The notes under the pieces were generated by a model. The model was not told the origin of the DNA. It made no database searches and saw nothing but the letters and a program-made list of their open reading frames with translations. The position numbers and the translations under genes are program-made. Shown here piece by piece: positions 24,869 through 31,236 of a DNA stretch of 32,000 nucleotides. Each line of letters opens with the position of its first letter. Position 1 is the first letter of the stretch. Source of the stretch: Sinorhizobium meliloti (GTDB lineage Bacteria; Pseudomonadota; Alphaproteobacteria; Rhizobiales; Rhizobiaceae); the NCBI RefSeq assembly GCF_017876815.1, contig NZ_JAGIOS010000001.1:2910001-2942000 (forward strand). The letters are read 5' to 3'.

Positions 24869-25013
24869 GGCCGTCGTAGGTACATCCCTAATCGGCGCTC
24901 GAGGCGCAACGCCCGCCGATCAGGACAAGATCGACGAAACAGTCGCGGGACTATGCGGCGCCCGCGCCTGGACCCAGAGCGAATGCGCCCGCCACGACGC
25001 GGCGCAGCAGTAA
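24759..25013 (+). CDS. o-spanin candidate (lipoprotein, 84 aa)
   Basis: The start is an internal ATG at 24759. The signal peptide plus lipobox reads MKLIRLGLIVASALSAAG-C. The ORF begins inside the i-spanin ORF and extends past it (overlapped architecture). Confidence 0.55.
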   Translation: MKLIRLGLIVASALSAAGCISTQAVNASKDRLNQAARAVVGTSLIGARGATPADQDKIDETVAGLCGARAWTQSECARHDAAQQ

Positions 25014-25071
25014 CCATCCAGCATTGCATACGAGGGGCAGGGCATTGGCTGAAACACAGGAAACCGAAAAG

Positions 25072-25437
25072 ATGGTCGCAACTCCGAAATGGAGGTTTGA
25101 ATTCAACCTCAACACATTCGTGATCCTGTTCGGCTTTGCCGGCGGCCTCGTAGCGTGGGGCGCGACATGGGAGAGGGTGAACGCCAATCAGGACTCGCAG
25201 GCGAATTCCATCGATCGCCTCGACAAGCGCCTGACGGCTGCCGAAGTCTCCCTTCGGCAGATCGACAATCACGAACTCCGAATTTCGGCGGTGGAGAAGC
25301 AGGCGGCCGAGGCGGCGACATCAATGAAGGCCGTCGAGAACACGCTCAACAGCCTGTCCATAGATACGCGCGTGATGCGCGAGATCCTGCAGCGGATTGA
25401 GGCCAGCCAGCGCGACGGCGTGCAGTTGCGGCGGTGA
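25072..25437 (+). CDS. membrane-anchored coiled-coil protein (121 aa), lysis-cassette associated
   Basis: ATG at 25072 (or TTG at 25024). One N-terminal TM helix (FVILFGFAGGLVAWGA) followed by heptad-like helical sequence. Confidence 0.6.
   Translation: MVATPKWRFEFNLNTFVILFGFAGGLVAWGATWERVNANQDSQANSIDRLDKRLTAAEVSLRQIDNHELRISAVEKQAAEAATSMKAVENTLNSLSIDTRVMREILQRIEASQRDGVQLRR
25363..25437 (+). repeat. direct repeat copy 1 (3' end of coiled-coil gene)
   Basis: DTRVMREILQRIEASQRDGVQLRR* is repeated as GTRVMREILQRIEASQRDGAQLRR* at 25955-26029. There are about 8 mismatches in the last 66 nt by hand alignment. Confidence 0.85.
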
Positions 25438-25440
25438 GCT

Positions 25441-25477
25441 GGCAGCGCCCCGATGAAGGGGAACGAGAGGCGCTGCC
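25441..25477. repeat. hairpin, stem GGCAGCGCC / GGCGCTGCC (copy 1), possible terminator
   Basis: 9-bp perfect stem with a 19-nt loop, starting 4 nt after the stop at 25437. The same stem sequence recurs at 26565 and 26739. Confidence 0.5.
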
Positions 25478-25954
25478 CGATGGGTCGACTTGGCGAATAG
25501 CGAAAGGGATAAAGTCGACCTCGCTGAAGTAGCCGCTTCATGGAACAGCGACTGCTAACGAACTCCTTGGGCCGCCGATAGTTCCAAGTTTTTCTTCCTT
25601 GGGGTTTTGCCGCGGTCCCTTCCGAGGCCTCTGATCTGCTGAAAAAAAAACAGCGCTCCGGCAGATGCGATCAGGAGCGCTGCAGTTGTCCGACACATGC
25701 GATTGTCCGCCAGTCGAAATTCAGAGGGAGAAAACAACCTCCTGAAATGAGGAACGCCTCTCAAACGCCGTGTTGGCTGGAATGTTCCGGAACAATGCTC
25801 GTTTTTGAGATTGGCAAATTTCAGGCCGGTTCGGGTAGCGGCTGCTGAGGAAGGGGGCTGTCGTCTCCACCGCCATGATCGTCATCCGGCCACCAACCTT
25901 GCCAGTCGTCTCCAAGGTCTTCCTTCGCCTGGCGACCGTCTAGGCGCGCGATGA

Positions 25955-26029
25955 GGTACCCGTGTGATGCGGGAGATCCTGCAGCGAATTGAGGCTAGCC
26001 AGCGCGACGGGGCTCAGCTGCGGCGCTGA
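25955..26029 (+). repeat. direct repeat copy 2 (orphan 3' end, preceded by an in-frame stop)
   Basis: See copy 1. An in-frame TGA at 25952-25954 shows this copy is a detached gene end. Confidence 0.85.
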
Positions 26030-26081
26030 TTTGCATAATCATGCAATTGCGCGATGCGCCTGGGTCTGCTTTCTTCTTTGC

Positions 26082-26285
26082 ATGGAAACGAAACTTGCAG
26101 ACTTGAAACTCAGGCCTTGGCTTCTCCGGGAGTTAAACATGATCGGGTATGAGGTGGTCGAAGATATGCAGCATCTGCCGACTGCAGAATTGCTGCGAAT
26201 ACCCGGTATGGGCGGAAATGACTGGCGCAAGATTGCCAAGGCGCTGGGGCGAGATCCATTCCCCACCTTGAAGAAACGTCCATAA
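26082..26285 (+). CDS. small helix-hairpin-helix protein resembling the RNA polymerase alpha C-terminal domain (67 aa)
   Basis: The start is an internal ATG at 26082. LKLRPWLLRELNMIGYEVVEDMQHLPTAELLRIPGMGGNDWRKIAKAL fits the alpha-CTD pattern (L.L..R..N.L...gi..v.dL......eLl.i...G......I...L). There is no clear SD. Confidence 0.45.
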   Translation: METKLADLKLRPWLLRELNMIGYEVVEDMQHLPTAELLRIPGMGGNDWRKIAKALGRDPFPTLKKRP

Positions 26286-26564
26286 ACCAGCTGGCAAATC
26301 AGGCGCTTTCCCTTGATTCCGGTTCTGCTGAGAGTAAAATGTCCGCAAGCGACGTTCGAAGCGGTTCCCTTGAATGGAACAGGGCAATTGCGCCCCAGCT
26401 AGGATGAAGAATGCGTCGCGTTCGGAGCTGCAGCACCCCCGCTGCAGCTCTATTTGTGTCAGCCAAGATCCGATTTTCCGGCAGGTCAACACCCAACCGC
26501 GTGAGCGTTCCCGCCGTTCGGCAGATCGGCGAACTCGGGACAGCCTCTAGCTGTAGCCAGGAAC

Positions 26565-26596
26565 GGCAGCGCCCCGGGAGGGGCTGGGGCGCTGCC
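26565..26596. repeat. hairpin, stem GGCAGCGCCCC / GGGGCGCTGCC (copy 2)
   Basis: 11-bp perfect stem with a 10-nt loop, in a region with no credible ORF. Confidence 0.5.
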
Positions 26597-26738
26597 AAAT
26601 GACGATCCTCCCCATGCGGTAGACAGGATCGACATTTCGAGGAAGATCCGGCGCTCAAATGAGTGCCGGCAGCGGTTAACTCACCGTGTTCTGGTTGGTT
26701 CCCGAAAACTAAATGAAGAAGTCAAATTAGAAAAAAAC

Positions 26739-26769
26739 GGCAGCACCCCGAAGCTAGAAAGGCGCTGCC
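26739..26769. repeat. hairpin, stem GGCAGCACC / GGCGCTGCC (copy 3, one mismatch)
   Basis: It shares the ACGGCAGC(G/A)CCCCG left arm with copy 2 and is preceded by an A7 run. Confidence 0.4.
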
Positions 26770-27104
26770 TAGCAGTTCTGGAGAACGTCACGTTAATCTT
26801 TCATCAGCAGCCCGCCTTTAGTCAGCGGTGCTCTCTAACCGCGGGCCTAGCGGATGGTTCCAAAGAAAACTAAGCCGGCTGGAGCTTGCGAAGTAAGGGC
26901 TGCGTCTCAAAGTGCGACCCATGCAAAGGCGAACAGTGCAATGACAATAAGTAGAATTAATATGCCGGCTAGATTGAGCGAGTGCATTTCTATGTTCTCT
27001 TTGTAGACTCCCTCGGCAGGTGAACACGTCACCGGGCATGAGGTTCCCGCCCTTGTCGTCATCCGTCCGGCTCCTATCCTTCATGTTTGATCATGGAGGA
27101 AAGC

Positions 27105-27278
27105 ATGGCAGACAATCCAAAGAAGAGGGGCCGCGACCGCGAGCTCGTTTCCGAACAGGAGCACGAGGTCGCCTATTTGATGAAAACGGCGAAGGTGTCG
27201 CGACAGAGGGCGCTGGAAGCGATCCGCGAAGCCGGGCCGAACCGAGAGAAGGTGATGGCGTATCTGGGCAAGAAGTAA
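27105..27278 (+). CDS. DUF3606-like small protein (57 aa)
   Basis: ATG at 27105 has a GGAGGAAAGC SD. MADNPKKRGRDRELVSEQEHEVAYLMKTAKVSRQRALEAIREAG resembles DUF3606 proteins (MAD..skRG..Dr..i......YEv.Yw......s...l..Av...G). Confidence 0.65.
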   Translation: MADNPKKRGRDRELVSEQEHEVAYLMKTAKVSRQRALEAIREAGPNREKVMAYLGKK

Positions 27279-27293
27279 CGGCTGCGCGATGCC

Positions 27294-27790
27294 TTATTGC
27301 CGGGGCTTTCCTATGAAGATCGTATTGCCGTCTCGGTTTTCGCACCTCTTACATCGCATTCTCGGCGCCAACTGAAGGATGCTCTGTCTTTTGCCGAAGC
27401 ACGCGGCCAGAGCGCGCCGATTTAGTCGGTCGATGCGGCCGCAGCTCCGGCACTTGCACAGCACGTCGCACCATTCGGGGAGGTTCGCGAAAGTAATCTC
27501 TTCTGGAGCGCCGGCTGGGGCCGCATCACCAGCCGGCTCCTTCGAGAGACGGGCGGCTCTCCCGATGGCATGTCATATGTGAGCTTGCAGCGGTCGCGAT
27601 ATAGATTGCCGCTCTTGGGGCAACCGATCGCTTTGGAGAATTCGGAGAGCAACTCCGGCATGCTCCTGTCGCCGACCCGATCGAAAAGCTGCTGGACATC
27701 GTATTGCCTCTTTACCCCACACTCGCATTTGATTCGGATCTTCGTCCAGGCCAGTAGCTCCGAGAGCCACCATGCTCCGCCTCTAGGCAT
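27294..27790 (-). pseudogene. two-domain Cys-rich (zinc-ribbon-like) gene split by a frameshift
   Basis: The frame of 27422-27790 is protein-like only to about ...RDRCKLTYD. A second frame is open over 27294-27572 and encodes ...SKEPAGDAAPAGAPEEITFANLPEWCDVLCKCRSCGRIDRLNRRALAACFGKRQSILQLAPRMRCKRCENRDGNTIFIGKPRQ*. That frame has no usable start and has the same C.C...C..C layout as the first domain. Confidence 0.45.
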
Positions 27791-27953
27791 GCTTCAATTT
27801 CCATTCGGGCTGGTGCTCCGCGCAGAACCACCGCGGCTCCTCTTTCCCCAGGGCAAATCCGAAGCTGCCCCACTTCTTGCAGCCGGCATGCTCGCACCAG
27901 TGCTCGTACGCGACCGTTTCCTTGAATGTGCTCGCCCCGGCTTCATCGCTCAT
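27783..27953 (-). CDS. small zinc-finger-like protein (56 aa)
   Basis: Hand translation gives MSDEAGASTFKETVAYEHWCEHAGCKKWGSFGFALGKEEPRWFCAEHQPEWKLKHA*. It has a C-x4-C ... C-x2-H arrangement. Its end overlaps the start of the next minus-strand ORF (ATGCCTAG). Below the track size cutoff. Confidence 0.5.
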   Translation of the reverse strand: MSDEAGASTFKETVAYEHWCEHAGCKKWGSFGFALGKEEPRWFCAEHQPEWKLKHA

Positions 27954-28052
27954 TTCGATTTCCCGTAATTCCCGCCGACATTTGTTCCTAATATGTTCTC
28001 TCAGCCGAAAGAGTCAATTCGGCTTTTCGCGGGCCTGTGCGTTAATGGGCTA

Positions 28053-29021
28053 ATGGCCAAGCCATCGTCGAAAACACCGCGCGGCACCTCATCGCCGGAC
28101 CCGATGCCGGAGCGGGTTGATCCATGTCTGGCGATACTAGTCGTACAAGCCGCCAAAAGGGCCGGACAGGGCCTTTGAGATGGGACGGCTACCGTCTGGC
28201 CGTTCACGTGGAGCCGGACAGGGTACGGATAATCACACGCGGCGGCTACGACTGGACGTCCCGCTTTGCTTCAATCGCGGCAGAGGCGCGCCAGCTTGGT
28301 TACGAAACCTTAATCCTCGACGACGAGGCGGTTGTCCTTGACGATCAGGGGCGGTCGGATTTCGGCATGCTTCAGCGCGCGCTCGGTAAGCGACCTAGCT
28401 TGCATGATCCACGCGAAATCATCTTTTTGCTTTCGACCTTCTCTATGTTGATGGTTGGGACCTGCGCCGACTGCCGCTTCGCGAACGCCGGTGGCTGCTC
28501 GACCCCATAGTTGCCGGCCGTGCCGGTGCCATCCGGCTATCGGAAGAGGTTCAGGCCGATGGCGACGAGTTCTTCCGCGTCGCCTGCGAGCACGGCCTCG
28601 AAGGCATCATCGCCAAGCATGTCGAGAAGCCCTATCGGTCCGGCCGGGGCGAGTGGTGGCAGAAGATCACCTGCAAGCGCCGGGATAGCTTCGTGATCGT
28701 CGGCTTCGAGCCTTCGACCGTGCCCGGCCACCTCGGCCGGTTGTTGCTCGCCGCGCGCAAGGGCGACGATCTCGTCTATGTCGGCGGCTGCGCACCGGCT
28801 GGTCACATGAGCTTTCGCGCGAGCTGCGCAAGCTGCTCGAGGGGATGGCGACGAAATCGCCAGCAGTCGTCCTGAGAAGGAAGGGAGCCGTCTTCGTCGA
28901 GCCTGTTCTCGTGGCCGACGTCGAGTATCGCGCCTGGACGGATGACGGCAAGCTGCAGCACGCCTCGTTCAAGGGGATTAGAGAGCGGGCCGACGACGCA
29001 ACGGTGTTCGAATTACAGTGA
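28053..29021 (+). pseudogene. ATP-dependent DNA ligase (LigD ligase-domain-like) pseudogene
   Basis: Ligase motifs are spread over three frames: MPERVDPCLAILV..., then LRWDGYRLAVH...RIITRGGYDWTSRF...ILDDEAVVLD..GRSDFGMLQ, then FAFDLLYVDGWDLRRLPLRERR...EGIIAKHVEKPYRSGRGEWWQKITC...FVIVGFEPS...LLLAARKGDDLVYVGG, then TGWSHELSRELRKLL...VEPVLVADVEYRAWTDDGKLQHASFKGIRE. Motif I KxDG reads RWDG and motif III LDGE reads LDDE. Confidence 0.8.
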
Positions 29022-29173
29022 ACACTCAGTGGGCAAAAGGTTCCGTGCCACCTTTCCAAAGATCGAGTCTATGTCTGACTTTAACGTGATTGGACTAAGT
29101 GACCTTGGTGAATTACCAGTACATTTTTAGGGGTATTATATTAAAGTCGTTCATTAAACCATTATTTTAGAAG

Positions 29174-29197
29174 AGAGCTCGCTCAGGAGCGAGCTCT
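29174..29197 (+). terminator. perfect 10-bp hairpin AGAGCTCGCT-cagg-AGCGAGCTCT
   Basis: The inverted repeat was read directly from the sequence. It is followed by gctttct, a weak T tract. It lies in AT-rich DNA downstream of the ligase pseudogene. Confidence 0.4.
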
Positions 29198-29409
29198 GCT
29201 TTCTATGCACCACCCAACATCCGCGAAGGTGAATCAAGCCGCGAGGCGATGACGCGACCGTATTCGAAATTCCTGTTGCAGATCAGCCAAAGAACAACTA
29301 ATTTTCGGTTTCCAATTCACGAAACGTTCCGCGTTTTTGGGTGTAGGTATCGTACGGCATTGGAAACCGCTTTACTTGATTTGTAGGCTGTTCAGAGAAA
29401 AATAGATTA

Positions 29410-29454
29410 CTCTTAATCAGCGGGTCCACGGTTCGAGCCCGTGATCACCCACCA
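29410..29454 (+). other. 3' fragment of a tRNA-Lys(CUU)-like gene (anticodon loop to CCA); probable att core/boundary
   Basis: CTCTTAA (anticodon loop, CTT) - TCAGC - GGGTC - CACGG TTCGAGC CCGTG (T arm) - ATCACCC A CCA. No matching 5' acceptor strand (GGGTGAT) or D arm occurs upstream, so it is not a complete tRNA. Confidence 0.7.
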
Positions 29455-29568
29455 TTCTTCTCTTCTTCTCAAAGATCCGTTCATTGCTTGCCGGATACCA
29501 ATGCCTTGCTTAAGGCATGGACACTCGTTCCAAGCTTTTGAAAGTACGCGCTTCCGCATGGAAAAGCG

Positions 29569-30030
29569 TTACACATTTTTGCTGGAAGTGCCCAAAGCCG
29601 ACAAGCGGGATTCCGCATAGGCGTCGTGGCCGTCATTTGCCCGTTCGATCTCGTGCGTTGCAGCACGAGCAAGAAATCCAGACCGCGTAAGGCCGTGGGC
29701 TTCGGCGAAGGCATCTATCTGCTTCAGGACACCTTCGGGAAGCGTAACGTTCACTCGAATGGCTCTTTTTGCCTCGGTTTTCACCGCGACGAGAATAGCG
29801 ACGCAATCCCTGTTCTCGGCGTCGGACATGACAACCTCAAGGGAGGAGGGCTCCGGGATGGCCTCGCCGTCCTCTACCAGCCCTTCAATATGCAAGGCCA
29901 AGGCTTCCTCTGCCATAGCGCGCGCGTCGTCGAGGTCGGCACCGGCGGTCACGACGCCGGAAAAATCAGGAAAGGAAACGCCGTAATCGCTCTCGGCGTC
30001 CTTGTGGATCAATCCGATATAGTTGCGCAT
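29569..30030 (-). CDS. hicB: HicB-family antitoxin with C-terminal ribbon-helix-helix
   Basis: YIGLIHKDAESDYGVSFPDFSGVVTAG.DLDDA...AEEAL..HIEG matches the HicB N-terminal domain. RVNVTLPEGVLKQIDAFAEAHGLTRSGFLARAA is a CopG/RHH motif. It lies directly downstream of hicA. Confidence 0.85.
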   Translation of the reverse strand: MRNYIGLIHKDAESDYGVSFPDFSGVVTAGADLDDARAMAEEALALHIEGLVEDGEAIPEPSSLEVVMSDAENRDCVAILVAVKTEAKRAIRVNVTLPEGVLKQIDAFAEAHGLTRSGFLARAATHEIERANDGHDAYAESRLSALGTSSKNV

Positions 30031-30034
30031 GGCC

Positions 30035-30223
30035 TTACCTCAATTTCAAACCGGACTGCTTTTCAATGCTCCTGAGGGTACCGATTGGTAGATCCCTCTT
30101 CGGGTGAGGAACGGTAACCCGGCCGTGCTTTTTCGGATGTTTGAATTGAACGTGGCTGCCCTTGGTCGCAACCTCGTACCATCCGTCCTTCTGCAATGCT
30201 GCAATAATGTCGCCGCTCTTCAT
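30035..30223 (-). CDS. hicA: HicA-family mRNA interferase toxin
   Basis: MKSGDIIAALQKDGWYEVATKGSHVQFKHPKKHGRVTVPHPKRDLPIGTLRSIEKQSGL matches the HicA consensus (GSH..F.HP......TVPHP.KDL..GT...I.KQAGL). ATG at 30223 is preferred over the TTG at 30235. Confidence 0.85.
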   Translation of the reverse strand: MKSGDIIAALQKDGWYEVATKGSHVQFKHPKKHGRVTVPHPKRDLPIGTLRSIEKQSGLKLR

Positions 30224-30233
30224 CTGATACGAC

Positions 30234-30253
30234 AATACACACGCATGTGTATT
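30234..30253. promoter_or_regulatory. palindrome AATACACA-cgca-TGTGTATT upstream of hicA (candidate HicB operator)
   Basis: Perfect 8-bp inverted repeat located 11 nt upstream of the hicA ATG. RHH antitoxins usually bind palindromes in their own promoter. Confidence 0.4.
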
Positions 30254-30399
30254 CGTCCAATGAATTTGTCAAGCCAATCTAAGGCGGCTTTCTCGGATGG
30301 TCTCGAACCGTCGGATCATCAGCTTGTGCTAAAAAAGCCAATATTCATCTCTAACGACCGCCTGGCTGGGACTTCGAAGCGAGTTCGGACGGAGAGTTC

Positions 30400-31170
30400 A
30401 TGCGAGGTTATCTGCTCCTGACGGAGGCGAGAAGCGGGTCGAACTGGCTGGGTTCGCTCGTCAATGGCGCCGGTAATATGGGGCGCTCGAGCGAGTGGCT
30501 CTCGCCCAAGATCCATCGGCTGGATACCGGCGCCTTGTCATGGGACGCATTCTTTCAGGAACTCCTCAGGAAGTGCTCTACGCCGAACGGCGTCTTCGGC
30601 TCGAAGATATTCCCGAACCAGCTTTTCGTGACGCATGAGGTCTATGGAAGGGATTTCATTCAGCATTGCCTCGCCATGCATGACGTTGCGCTCGTATTCC
30701 TGCGGCGCAGGGATACGCTGAGGCAGGCGATATCCTATGCGCGGGCGAGGCAAACACGTAGTTTTGCCGCTCACGTCGAGGGAAGGGCCAATCCCCAATA
30801 CGACTTCGAGCAGATCGCCCGATGCTTTTTCTACATTCGCGACAGCTATGCCTTTTGGCAAAGCTATCTGGAACTCACCGGCGTTGAATTTGCCGAATTC
30901 GTCTACGAGGAGCTCGCCGCCGATCCGATTCCATTCGTCAGCCACTTGGCGGAGCACTTGCAGGTGCCGCTACCGGCGCAGCTGCAGACATCAATGGCAG
31001 TCCAGCGCGACGATCTGACGGAAGAGTGGATCGCCCGCTTCCACGAGGATCGCAGATCTGCGAACCTCCTGGAGGCCTATGACCGGCGCGAACATATTCC
31101 GGGAAAACTCAAGAACTTCGTCAAGTTGGGGACCCGGAGCCTGCGACCGCGGTATCCGTTTGCGTTCTAG
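30400..31170 (+). CDS. Stf0-family sulfotransferase
   Basis: GGAGAG SD. The blocks ARSGSNWLGSL, TPNGVFGSKIF, LRRRDTLRQAISYARARQT, YDFEQI, AFWQSYL...GVEFAEFVYEEL and QRDDLTEEWIARF align with mycobacterial Stf0 as I remember it. Confidence 0.7.
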   Translation: MRGYLLLTEARSGSNWLGSLVNGAGNMGRSSEWLSPKIHRLDTGALSWDAFFQELLRKCSTPNGVFGSKIFPNQLFVTHEVYGRDFIQHCLAMHDVALVFLRRRDTLRQAISYARARQTRSFAAHVEGRANPQYDFEQIARCFFYIRDSYAFWQSYLELTGVEFAEFVYEELAADPIPFVSHLAEHLQVPLPAQLQTSMAVQRDDLTEEWIARFHEDRRSANLLEAYDRREHIPGKLKNFVKLGTRSLRPRYPFAF

Positions 31171-31236
31171 CGCATTGGCCCGAAGTCTTGCGGCGGCAAG
31201 CGCCTCGAGTTGCGGCGGAGTTGAATTCCCGTGGCG

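Noticed and set aside
25555-25915. Minus-strand ORFs of 69 and 64 aa inside the 517-bp insert
   Set aside because: Neither the track starts nor the internal ATGs have an SD, and the composition is unconvincing. They are left unannotated pending expression or conservation data.
26299-26658. ORFs of 119 aa (-) and 63 aa (+, 26411-26602)
   Set aside because: Both span the 26565-26596 hairpin, are Arg/Ser/Pro-rich, and lack an SD. The region is treated as non-coding.
26907-26987. 26-aa hydrophobic ORF MHSLNLAGILILLIVIALFAFAWVAL on the minus strand
   Set aside because: It looks like a small membrane peptide or type I toxin. However, it has no convincing SD at proper spacing and nothing supports conservation. 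It is too short to call from sequence alone.
26818-27084. 88-aa minus-strand ORF
   Set aside because: It lies in an AT-rich stretch, has a non-protein-like sequence rich in Arg, Ser, Cys and His, and ends just short of the DUF3606 gene's SD/start region, in what is probably that gene's promoter.
29339-29454. Possible complete tRNA gene
   Set aside because: Only the anticodon loop through CCA is present. The required 5' acceptor strand (GGGTGAT) and the D arm are missing, and the would-be anticodon stem pairs at only 3 of 5 positions.
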